A stretch of 30,386 nt of DNA from a virus (Duplodnaviria > Caudoviricetes), in the IMG/VR virus record IMGVR_UViG_3300037419_000146, positions 1-30,386 of that record, one strand, 5' to 3'. Shown here in pieces: positions 8,101-16,389 of this stretch; within the stretch, counting starts at the first letter, position 1; every line of letters starts with the position of its first letter. The translations under genes and the position numbers were made by a program. The notes under the pieces are model-generated. The model was not told where the DNA came from, did no database searches, and saw only the letters and a list, made by a program, of their open reading frames with translations.

Positions 8101-11100
8101 GCCAAGGCATTTACAGATAAGTTCCACAAGATTGCAACCAACCAGCTTGGTCAGGGTAAGTGGGAAGGCGCTGTGCGCCTATTCTCCGGTCGAGACGAGA
8201 TTAACAACAAGTCTGCCGAGGCTGCAAAGGGTATGGCTAAGCAGTTCTGGGACACATTCGATGCCACCACCAACCAGCAGCAGAAGCGGAACATCTTCCT
8301 GGGACTCCAGGGTGCCGTCCAGAAGCAGCAGAAGGAAATGTGGGACTCACTTGGCGAGGAGAATAAGAAGAACCTGGCTAAGTATGGAATCACCACTGCC
8401 GAAGAACTACAGAAGGCTTACCTCGACAATAAGAACCTAAGCGAGGAAGACTTCCATAAGAAGTATTTCTCAGGCGACATGGGTAAGTCTAACCAGCTCA
8501 AGATGCAGCTCAACGACCTTGGTGGAGACACTTCCATGATGGTCGGAAAGCAGGCAGGTGCTGAGTATGAGCTTGCCCAGGCGATTGCTGTCAAAAACGG
8601 TGCCACAAAGGAGGAACTTAAGAATATCTATACCCTTAACGACCTTATGCCTCAGCTCGACATGGCCCTGATGAGCGCTAAGGACGCTCAGAATGCATAC
8701 GGTCAGGCTGTGGCTCAGCGAGAACTACAGTGGCAGAAGATTTCGCCGAAGTCGGCAGCAGCCCAGCAGCTAAAGCTCCTAAATATTTACCGTGCCAAGG
8801 CCGGTTTGGCGGACGCGACCTCTGTAGAGCAGGGCTTCGGTGATGTTATTGACAAGAACACCGGAAAGCTAAAGGATAACGCCAACGCCCTGGACGAGAA
8901 CGCCATGTCTGCGGACACATTCAACAACGCCCGCAAGGACGCCATGTCGAATGCCAGCAGTGCCGCATTCTCGCAGGCCGATGAGCTTTGGAATAGGCAG
9001 GCAGATTCGGAGGTCAAGGCAATTGAGGACCGTGGCGAGCGTTTGAGCGATGCCCTGGACAAGCGTTCCGAGCGAATGGACAAGAGCTTCGATAATCGCC
9101 AGGAAGCTGCCGACAACAGATTCGATAAGCGTGAAAAGAACCTGGACAAGAAGTGGGACGGCATTATGGACCGTTTCGATGCTCGCTGGGACAGGCGCAT
9201 CGAGAAGGAAAAGGCTGCCTACGACAAGAAGATTGACAACATCAAGAAGGCCATCAAGGCTGAGGAGGACGCGGAGGCTACTCGCCAGAAGATTTTCGAG
9301 GCTGAGAAGACCCGTCTAGAGCGCATGGCCGATATCGCCAACAAGCGTATCGACTTCAATATGGCCCTGAATACAGGTAATCTTGATGAGGCTGCGAAGG
9401 TATTCAATGACATTCAGTCAACCCAGGATTCCTGGACGCTTGATGATGCTGCGGGTGAGTCTCAGGACGCTTCTCAGCAGCGCATCGATACGATGAATGG
9501 CAATATTACCACGTTGGAGGGTGCCCGCGATAAGCGTATCGAAGCTCTCCAGAAGGTAGAAGAGGCCGAGAAGAAGGCTCTTGAGGACAAGAAGGAGCGC
9601 GAGAAGGAGGCTCTAGCGGCCGAGAAGGACCGCTACATGAAGGCCCTTGCAGCCGAGCGTGAGCGTTACCGTAAGGGAATTGAGGCCCAGAAGGAAGCCA
9701 TCCGCAAGCAGACTCAGGCGGATGCTGACGCAAAGCGTCGTGACCTAGAGCGTCAGAAGAGGACGCTTGATATGGAATTGGCGGCTATCCGTGCATCTAC
9801 TCCTCGCAACAAGAAGGAGTACGATAAGCAGATTAGGGATATCGAGGATGCTTACAAGAAGTACGGCGTGCGCCTTGAGGGATACGGTCAGGACTGGACC
9901 AAGTATATTGGTGACAACCTGTCTGCCAATGTTAAGGCGTCTGCGATTTCTCTCCAGAACGATATCAAGTGGAAGTCTATTGGTAGTGCCGTAACCCAGG
10001 ATATGGTTGATGGTGGATTCAATATGACCACCGCCGAGTTTATGAAGTGGGTAACGACCGGCGACCTGCCAAAGAACTACAAGGCCCCAAGCAAGCCAAA
10101 GACCCGCCACACTGGTGGTCCGGTGTCCGGTAACTCAAAGTACGACAACCGTGGTGGTCGTCACTGGGGTGCTGGTCTGCGTCGAGACGAGTCCATGATG
10201 CTTCTTAAGAATGACGAATTCGTCGTTAATGGCAAGGCTCACAAGGCTCTCGGTACCGACGCTCTCGACTCGCTAAACAAGACTGGCTCGCTGCCTGGAA
10301 AGGGTACCGGAGGTATTGGTGGTCGCGGTCTAGGATTTGTGGGTGCCTTTGCGGCGGCTCTCTCTGGAATGTCCAGCAAGGCTATTCAGACTGCGATTGA
10401 CACCAAGGGTGCTCAGGCATCTGCAATGGCTGCCGACATGATGGCAATTCCAGGCGCGGCGGGTATGTACGGAAAGATTATGCTTTCCGGAGAACAGCTT
10501 GCAAACGCTGCGACGATTATGAGCGTTGGTAAGTCAATGGGTGGTACTACCAGAGACCTTATCATCGGTATCATGACCGCTATGCAGGAGTCTGGACTTC
10601 GCAACCTAGACTACGGTGACCGTGACTCGCTGGGTCTATTCCAGCAGCGTCCATCAATGGGCTGGGGTACTCCAGAGCAGATTAGGACTCCATCGTATGC
10701 GGCCAAGAAGTTCTTCCAGCAGGAGCTAAAGGTCAAGGGTCGTGAAAAGATGGCCCCGACCCTTGTCGCCCAGGCTGTACAGCGTTCGGGATTCCCATAC
10801 GCCTACGCTAAGTGGGAGGACATGGCTCGTGCAATTGTTACTGGCACCGTATTCCAGGGTGGCGGAAATGTTGCTGCGACTGGCGGAAAGGCACGACCAG
10901 TTTCCGGCCCGGTTTCGCGTGACTGGTACCACCACTCCAACCTGCCAAGGGCTACTGACTTCGGAGTTCCAGTAGGAACCCCCGTTCACGCAGCTACAGG
11001 TGGACAGGTTGTTACCTCTACCGACCTTCACGGCGGTCCTGGCAATGGTGGATATCGTTCTTACGGTAGGTACATCGTTATTCAGAATGGAGCCGACAGG

Positions 11101-11526
11101 ACTCTGTACGCTCACCTTTCTTCGCGAAACATCGCGGCTGGCTCTAACGTTCGTCCGGGGCAGCTAATCGGATACTCGGGTAACACCGGTAACTCAACTG
11201 GTCCGCACCTCCACTTTGAAACGTGGCGTGGTGGAGTAGACATTCCACCTGGTAAGTTCGGAATTCCAGGTCTTAATACCGGGGGATTCACGATGAACGA
11301 TGGTCTAGCAATGCTCCACAAGAACGAGGCTGTTCTAACCGCTCCACTTACCGAGCAGCTTAAGTCCGGCATTCAGAAAATTGACCAGGGCTCTACCAAT
11401 GAGTATAATGTAAATGTGACATTTACAGGACCAGTCAATTCTGAAATTGATGTAGAGAAGGCTGTTACTCGCGCCATTCAGAAGCGTGAGAGCAAGCTCG
11501 GGCGAAAGAGGAGCATTAGCAATTGA
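5119..11526 (+). CDS. Tape measure protein with C-terminal lysozyme/transglycosylase-like and M23 peptidase domains (start probably ATA 5119; first ATG 5209)
   Basis: 2105 aa from the ATG, 2135 aa from the ATA. Ala/Gly-rich TMP core, hydrophobic segments, long coiled coil; MQESGLRNLDYGDRDSLGLFQQRPSMGWG (lysozyme-like); YAHLS...GNSTGPHLHFE (M23); follows the frameshifting chaperone. Confidence 0.95.
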   Translation: MDNIQIRFSASANFAPVSAEVTRLNQQLALMQRQLAQGLTPGKLNDTRTAFRTAVQGLNDYHVEAVKNVSATAAMTEALTKNEVSIVRAYKSRKMFNDILREQLALQKATTVQWSQNAMGQTRADMIVPRGVTSNVDALTRSFSTNLRALNPLKFRTAEFGEAARVMSTRIALTTATLASSSHMMINWGKNVQWAGRQLMVGFTVPFMAFGVAAGAAAYQVDKQLTRITKVYDTTAKDAAGKQSELDRLRAESMDMAAQAAKRYGVAMKDTLSVEAELAAAGKQGRDLTTGTAEVMRASTLGELDYQQTVKASIALQSIYKYNTEQLGDAFNFMNSLENATNLSMQDMVDTIPRASGSLATLNVSLQDTGVLMAAMKERGVDAAQGANALKSAVNRVLNPGDNVVQKWADAGISITKIVKNSGGDFMKMLYAISDALRKFDDDPTKRMQLIGSLFGTMQMDRIGKVLSGLEDIHKETTQVGRAYKVAHQNAEQWGATATSEMARIQASASGKFKRALETIKASLAEAGKPFLEIGSTVLGWISKVVSAFNSLGGGAKRTIAAIMLFGAIAGPLIMIGGLIANMFGHLMKVGVAMGGLLSRTRIMTAEQRAQQMMSERSSLAWTNQAHAAQALSGQLQVLTTNLERMAVAQAQANGTGISGYRNTTPNYGTNIGGIGPAVPTGPGYRQTANGRYQNVATGRFVSAAEAQAYAAAQAAAARSTQQQAQNAAATRRSFTGIASAVGGIALMGGMMATASGHASGMLMTMTNMALIAATIGPMLVAGFKKAAAAGALADVTSAFATGRRAGSIAGRGGVGQIASGLSAAIGPARALLATFLRFAGIVGVIATVGIVISKMVGEMNRMTEAQKNIENSAKSWADVLGFVYEEASNIETVSGKTVNNYDAMASKFREANKDTADYLRSLKDAGHRQEAINASIYEGVKVKTHGGTASEAKNAVATALRAAGFKTNEINEILIDIKGRIKFDTDDETLKEQAKAFTDKFHKIATNQLGQGKWEGAVRLFSGRDEINNKSAEAAKGMAKQFWDTFDATTNQQQKRNIFLGLQGAVQKQQKEMWDSLGEENKKNLAKYGITTAEELQKAYLDNKNLSEEDFHKKYFSGDMGKSNQLKMQLNDLGGDTSMMVGKQAGAEYELAQAIAVKNGATKEELKNIYTLNDLMPQLDMALMSAKDAQNAYGQAVAQRELQWQKISPKSAAAQQLKLLNIYRAKAGLADATSVEQGFGDVIDKNTGKLKDNANALDENAMSADTFNNARKDAMSNASSAAFSQADELWNRQADSEVKAIEDRGERLSDALDKRSERMDKSFDNRQEAADNRFDKREKNLDKKWDGIMDRFDARWDRRIEKEKAAYDKKIDNIKKAIKAEEDAEATRQKIFEAEKTRLERMADIANKRIDFNMALNTGNLDEAAKVFNDIQSTQDSWTLDDAAGESQDASQQRIDTMNGNITTLEGARDKRIEALQKVEEAEKKALEDKKEREKEALAAEKDRYMKALAAERERYRKGIEAQKEAIRKQTQADADAKRRDLERQKRTLDMELAAIRASTPRNKKEYDKQIRDIEDAYKKYGVRLEGYGQDWTKYIGDNLSANVKASAISLQNDIKWKSIGSAVTQDMVDGGFNMTTAEFMKWVTTGDLPKNYKAPSKPKTRHTGGPVSGNSKYDNRGGRHWGAGLRRDESMMLLKNDEFVVNGKAHKALGTDALDSLNKTGSLPGKGTGGIGGRGLGFVGAFAAALSGMSSKAIQTAIDTKGAQASAMAADMMAIPGAAGMYGKIMLSGEQLANAATIMSVGKSMGGTTRDLIIGIMTAMQESGLRNLDYGDRDSLGLFQQRPSMGWGTPEQIRTPSYAAKKFFQQELKVKGREKMAPTLVAQAVQRSGFPYAYAKWEDMARAIVTGTVFQGGGNVAATGGKARPVSGPVSRDWYHHSNLPRATDFGVPVGTPVHAATGGQVVTSTDLHGGPGNGGYRSYGRYIVIQNGADRTLYAHLSSRNIAAGSNVRPGQLIGYSGNTGNSTGPHLHFETWRGGVDIPPGKFGIPGLNTGGFTMNDGLAMLHKNEAVLTAPLTEQLKSGIQKIDQGSTNEYNVNVTFTGPVNSEIDVEKAVTRAIQKRESKLGRKRSISN

Positions 11527-11924
11527 GCATGTCATTTCCACGTCCGCGATTGATGCGTTGGAACGGTAACGCCATCACCGACCACAATCGCGGACAGCTT
11601 AACGTGGACGTTGAGCGTATCGAAAAGAAGCAGCGCATGGCAAATGGAACCATGCGCAAGTACATCGTCGCGGATAAGCGCACCTTTGGCGTGCAGTGGA
11701 ACATGCTGCCCAAGCTGACGTCCCAGACCGTCGATGGTTTTTGGGGCGGCGAGGATATTGAGAGCTTCTATAACACCGTTCCTGGCCCGTTCTCTCTTGA
11801 AATCACAGATGGTGACGGCGAGGTTTACACCTACACCGTCATGTTTGCTGACTTCTCCAAGAATGTCATGAAGCGTGGGTCCGTTGACTTCTGGGAGATT
11901 TCCATTTCCCTGGAAGAGGTCTGA
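11523..11924 (+). CDS. Minor tail protein (distal tail-like)
   Basis: 133 aa directly after TMP (TTGA overlap); RMANGTMRKYIVADKRTF..W..LP and terminal ISLEEV patterns. Confidence 0.7.
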   Translation: MSMSFPRPRLMRWNGNAITDHNRGQLNVDVERIEKKQRMANGTMRKYIVADKRTFGVQWNMLPKLTSQTVDGFWGGEDIESFYNTVPGPFSLEITDGDGEVYTYTVMFADFSKNVMKRGSVDFWEISISLEEV

Positions 11925-14900
11925 TGCTTAATTCAAGCACCCAGTTCCAGAACGCCCTCCAGCAGGCTTCTGTCCTGCGCTCGAAGCCACGAGTAATTGC
12001 TGAGTGGAACCATAATAGGTACACACCCATTCAGACCGTGGATAATTACGGGCACGATGAGGAAACGTATGGCTACGACCTAGAGGTCTTTCCTATTGAG
12101 TCTATCACTGAGCCGCTTCGCCCCACCGCAGGTCTTCTCAAGGCCCGTGCAAATGAGGGCGGTGTCGTTCAGGGACATGGTGACTCCATTCGCGGATACC
12201 GAACCTACACAGCTTCTCCTGGTGCCAAGTACAAGTATTGGACCAGTCCCGCCCAGGCAACCGACCAGCCATATTCTGGCGGCGGTTTTGTATTGCCTGA
12301 GACCGTTCAGCCTTATGTCCTGTACTCACAGCCTGCCCTAACCAACAAGCTGTACATCTGCCTTGAGAATTCATGGGCCGACCCCAAGATTTGGGACATT
12401 CAGATTACAACGGATGGTACTAACTGGACCACCGTTTCATCTAACCCAGTCCCCAATTCGAGCGGACAGGTAGTCCTTTATCGCCAGGAAAACGGTACCT
12501 GGACGACCACCGTGAACCGTGGCACTGCCGTTTATATTCGAGGCATTCGCCTGGTAGTGAAGTCTATGGCTCGCCTACATTCCTGGTTCAATCTAATTGA
12601 GCTTGGTGCCCGTCTGGAGCAGGACCTTAGCGACCGACTTATCGACTACAGCGTAAAGCACGAGATGGGCGACAGTGACCTTGTTACGCCCATCGGCGTG
12701 GCTTCGTCGAACACGGGTAGCATCACCCTATCAAATATCGATGGGATTTTCAATTACGATAATGTCGCTTCCCCGTACCACGGCCTAATCGACGCCAACG
12801 TGAAGTTTATGCTGGATATCGGCATTGACGTTTCCACCTTTGGTGGCATCGGCTACGAATACATCCGTCAGGCCACGATGTTCTCCGAGGCTTGGGGTGG
12901 TGGAGAGGAGACCGTGCAGATTGGTCTCAAGGACGCCACGAAATTCCTCCAGGAGATTACACCTCTACCAGAGCTGATGGAAGACGTATCCATCGGCATG
13001 GCAATCTGGCGAATCCTGGATTCGGTCGGGTTTATTGATTATTCTTACAGCATTGCTGCGGAATCTGCCACCAACCGAATTGCCTATTACTGGACCAATG
13101 GTGAACAGACCGTATGGGACCAGATTCAGGACCTTTGCAGGACCACCCAGAGCGCCGCCTGGTTCGATGAATACGGAATTCTCCAGATTAAGACCAGGGA
13201 CTCAGCCTTCGATAAGTCAAAGCCAGTCGCCTGGACATTTGACTATGCCCAGAACGGCACGAAGCAGCCGGACATCATTGATATTACCGTTTCGGACTCA
13301 TTCGAGGCCAACAAGGTTAACGTGAAGTACACCACCACAAAGCTAGCAGAGGATAGCCAGGGACGACCAATCTCTGAAATCGTCTGGCAGCCAGAGGGTG
13401 ATGTTGTGCTGCGCTCAACCTCCCTGGCCGCCGATATGACTTCTACAGATATGCGTTTCTGGATTGACACTAAGGATGTTGCGGTCTGGCCATACGAGGG
13501 TATGGTGAACATCCGTGGTGAGCTTATTAAGTACAAGGGCAAGGGATACCGCTACTACCCCAAGGAAGGCTCCTACACGGGCAACTTTGAGAACGATACC
13601 GTCTTCAAAATCATCTACTCTCAGGACGAGAAGAACCAGATTGACCGCGAGCTTTCGAGCGAATTTCACGGCTGGAAGAATTACTTCACCGGCTTCATGC
13701 AAGTGGAGGAGCGCGGCTACGACGTAACCATTCCACAGGCTCACGATGTAGTTCCAGACATTTGGAAGCACAATGGTGCCTATATCGGAAGGCACGGCGG
13801 AACCCAGAAGTTGTGGAATGGTGGAATCAAGCACATTCCTTCCGACTCTGTTATGCGCTTGTCTACGGCCGGTAAGAAGGGGTTGGACTCTTCGTGGTGG
13901 TACACAGCACGTCGCGGAATGGTTGACAATGAGCCACCCCGCTATATCGGTACCCGCCTCAAGTTCCCATCCGGACAGGGCAACAAGCACTACATTGCCG
14001 GAATTTGGCTGTGGGGCGACGGTGGCTCCAACGATATGTACGGTGTCGAGATTACCACAACCAAGGAGGCGAGCAAGCTTCGCAGCACCAAAAACGAAAT
14101 CAGCATCGTTAGGCGAAAGGGCAATGGGGAGTTCAAGCACCTAACCAAGGGGGCAGCTTTCGCGGTGAGCGAGAACCAGTGGTTCGACCTGGACGTGTCT
14201 ATGGTAAACGGTGATTGGACGGTATTGGTCAACGGCGTCCTAGCAATCACGTTTGATGACAAGTCTACGCTACTGCCACAGACCGGCCGTTGTGGACTGT
14301 ACACCCGAGGATACACCACCGTGGACTTCGAATACTTCTACAGCTTGGCCGATGGTGGAATTCAGGATACCGACCTGGACAATTCGTCGTTCCTGGATAT
14401 CATTCGCGGCGGGTATTTCTCAAGCCAGTATTGGAAGGATTGTGTATACAAGACTCGTTGGCACAAGAAGCGTCGTGGCAAGAGGGTCTACTACGAGAAG
14501 GAGTGGTACGACCAGCGCTACTTTGACGAGTTCGGTCAGACGGTTCACGAGGTTCGTCCTTACGAGGTCACCTTCGAAAAGTCGCCGGTTCTGTATTCCA
14601 GCTTGTACCTCAGCAATTCCGACCAGGTTGTCTGTGACGAATACTTCAACGACCCCTTCAAGGCCAAGTTTATCCTGGCCAATGCTGACCTGGGCAATGC
14701 CATTGTCAACGGTGAAGACACCACGACATACGGTGCCGATAACCCGGTTGACCAGAAGATGGTAATTACTGGTCGCACGGTTCAGCGTGCTGAGCCCAAG
14801 GACTACACAGTGAAGAACGAGCAGGCTATTCGGGCTCGTGGTGAGATTTCCCTTGATTTCCAGTCGGACTGGATTCAGTCGGAGTCGGCAGCCAAGGCTC

Positions 14901-15121
14901 TGGGAGACTGGATTGTTGAAAACTGGTCCCAGCCCTGTGACGAGGTGGAGATTACCGTTCACGGCAATCCGCTTCTCCAGGTCGGAGATATTGTTGCGGT
15001 GAATTATCCACCTAAGAATCTGTCGGCATCGACCCATAAGTATTGGGTACTTGCCGTCGAGCAGCAGTGGGACGATGGTCCAGCTACTTCGGTGTCTTTG
15101 CGCCGGGCTCGAATTTCCTGA
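11924..15121 (+). CDS. Minor tail protein (tail-tip hub/Tal-like) with inserted beta-sandwich domains
   Basis: 1065 aa; SSNTGSITLSNIDG, WFDEYGILQIK and EITVHGNPLLQVGDIVAV are hub-protein motifs; TGATG coupling. Confidence 0.75.
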   Translation: MLNSSTQFQNALQQASVLRSKPRVIAEWNHNRYTPIQTVDNYGHDEETYGYDLEVFPIESITEPLRPTAGLLKARANEGGVVQGHGDSIRGYRTYTASPGAKYKYWTSPAQATDQPYSGGGFVLPETVQPYVLYSQPALTNKLYICLENSWADPKIWDIQITTDGTNWTTVSSNPVPNSSGQVVLYRQENGTWTTTVNRGTAVYIRGIRLVVKSMARLHSWFNLIELGARLEQDLSDRLIDYSVKHEMGDSDLVTPIGVASSNTGSITLSNIDGIFNYDNVASPYHGLIDANVKFMLDIGIDVSTFGGIGYEYIRQATMFSEAWGGGEETVQIGLKDATKFLQEITPLPELMEDVSIGMAIWRILDSVGFIDYSYSIAAESATNRIAYYWTNGEQTVWDQIQDLCRTTQSAAWFDEYGILQIKTRDSAFDKSKPVAWTFDYAQNGTKQPDIIDITVSDSFEANKVNVKYTTTKLAEDSQGRPISEIVWQPEGDVVLRSTSLAADMTSTDMRFWIDTKDVAVWPYEGMVNIRGELIKYKGKGYRYYPKEGSYTGNFENDTVFKIIYSQDEKNQIDRELSSEFHGWKNYFTGFMQVEERGYDVTIPQAHDVVPDIWKHNGAYIGRHGGTQKLWNGGIKHIPSDSVMRLSTAGKKGLDSSWWYTARRGMVDNEPPRYIGTRLKFPSGQGNKHYIAGIWLWGDGGSNDMYGVEITTTKEASKLRSTKNEISIVRRKGNGEFKHLTKGAAFAVSENQWFDLDVSMVNGDWTVLVNGVLAITFDDKSTLLPQTGRCGLYTRGYTTVDFEYFYSLADGGIQDTDLDNSSFLDIIRGGYFSSQYWKDCVYKTRWHKKRRGKRVYYEKEWYDQRYFDEFGQTVHEVRPYEVTFEKSPVLYSSLYLSNSDQVVCDEYFNDPFKAKFILANADLGNAIVNGEDTTTYGADNPVDQKMVITGRTVQRAEPKDYTVKNEQAIRARGEISLDFQSDWIQSESAAKALGDWIVENWSQPCDEVEITVHGNPLLQVGDIVAVNYPPKNLSASTHKYWVLAVEQQWDDGPATSVSLRRARIS

Positions 15122-15124
15122 TAT

Positions 15125-15153
15125 TTGACTTCCGTTCGACCAGAAGATATAAT
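15125..15153 (+). promoter_or_regulatory. Near-consensus sigma70/HrdB-type promoter inside the tail module
   Basis: TTGACT (15125-15130), 17 nt, TATAAT (15148-15153); ATG at 15161 is 7 nt downstream. Confidence 0.75.
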
Positions 15154-15160
15154 TAGGAAT

Positions 15161-15496
15161 ATGGCTCAGCAAATCAAAGATACCAATGTCATTAAGACAC
15201 CAGAAGTCGTAATCAATCCGCTGTTCTTTATGCCGCCGGGTGTTATCGACATGCGCTCCGGATACACAGACACCATTGAGGAAGACAATGTATCTGTTGA
15301 TGAAGTTTATGATGCTGATGCCCCCATTGACGACGATGCCAGGGAAGGCAATGACCTAGAGGCTCCGGAGAATTTCACCGTCGTGGAGCAGGTTGTTCGA
15401 ATCGGGCCGGATGGCAATGCGGTAGTTGACGTTATCATTGAATTTGAGGATGATGGCCACAATGAATACGATATTAGGGTAACGAAAGCCACATGA
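15161..15496 (+). CDS. Small acidic minor tail protein
   Basis: ATG 15161 preferred over TTG 15125, which is the -35 box; acidic central segment and C-terminal beta-strands; lies within the tail-tip cluster. Confidence 0.6.
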   Translation: MAQQIKDTNVIKTPEVVINPLFFMPPGVIDMRSGYTDTIEEDNVSVDEVYDADAPIDDDAREGNDLEAPENFTVVEQVVRIGPDGNAVVDVIIEFEDDGHNEYDIRVTKAT

Positions 15497-16389
15497 TTAA
15501 GGGAACCTACCGTTTTTACCAGCATGGCAGACTTCTAGCGGCGCAGAAGAACCTCATCACCACCGAGGGAGAAAGGCTTATTTTGCGCTTCCTGTCCGGC
15601 AACGCCCCCAGCCTGGGTGCGGCTATCGGCCTGGGTGTTCTGGGAACCCCCGCAACAGTTAACGACGTTCGCCTAGGCTTCGAGGTTTACCGAGCAACCG
15701 TTGACGTTCGCTCCATTGACTATGACGCGAATATAGTTCTATTTAAGGGGTCTATCGAGCAGAATGCTGAATTCACGCTTTACGAAGCTGGTCTATGGAG
15801 CACCGAGGTCAACTCCCTTGGCGCTACCGATTCATCAATGCTAACCACCTTTGACACTACGGTTGAAGACTGGACCAATACCACGGTAGATGCCACACAG
15901 TCTCGCACCTCGGTTGATTCCGTTCGTGTAGATGCCACAGCTAGCGCCACCACATCTTCCCGCGCGACAGTGGACATGGATTTGTCCGGGTACTCTACCG
16001 ATGACATCTTCTCTCTCGCCTTCTACAAGGCTAACAATAACATTGCGTCTATCGCCCTCTACTTTGGAAACAGCCTCTCTGGGGGCAACTTCAAGCTGGT
16101 CAAGACGGTCTCCACGTTGCCCGTGGGATATAACGTACTCCAGTTCCGCAAGGGAGATTTTGCTGTTACTGGAACCATGGCTTGGAATGCTATCGACATC
16201 CTCGGCGTTGACGTGACTGCTGGAGCCACGGCGGGTTATGTGATTCTAGACGGTATCCGAATTGAGGACACCGACACCACAGACCAGGACCACGTTCTTG
16301 TGTCCCGTACAGTAATGACCACTCCACTGGTAAAGTCCAATACGGCACCAATGGATGTAGAGTACAGCTTGGAGTTTAGCGTATCATGA
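15493..16389 (+). CDS. Minor tail protein
   Basis: 298 aa, ATGA overlap; KNLITTEG...EAGLW scaffold with an internal CBM-like beta-sandwich ending ILDGIRI. Confidence 0.7.
   Translation: MIKGTYRFYQHGRLLAAQKNLITTEGERLILRFLSGNAPSLGAAIGLGVLGTPATVNDVRLGFEVYRATVDVRSIDYDANIVLFKGSIEQNAEFTLYEAGLWSTEVNSLGATDSSMLTTFDTTVEDWTNTTVDATQSRTSVDSVRVDATASATTSSRATVDMDLSGYSTDDIFSLAFYKANNNIASIALYFGNSLSGGNFKLVKTVSTLPVGYNVLQFRKGDFAVTGTMAWNAIDILGVDVTAGATAGYVILDGIRIEDTDTTDQDHVLVSRTVMTTPLVKSNTAPMDVEYSLEFSVS

Noticed and set aside
9040-9780. Quasi-periodic charged repeats in the TMP as a DNA repeat array
   Set aside because: Ordinary coiled-coil protein periodicity (e.g. LDKR/FDNR/FDKR/LDKK/FDAR/WDRR) without nucleotide-identical units.
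15125-15160. TTG start and 12-aa N-terminal extension of the small minor tail gene
   Set aside because: The segment is a near-consensus promoter (TTGACT-17-TATAAT); ATG 15161 is the more plausible start.
13415-15172. Minus-strand ORFs of 241 and 250 aa
   Set aside because: Shadows of the hub gene with no protein-family signal.
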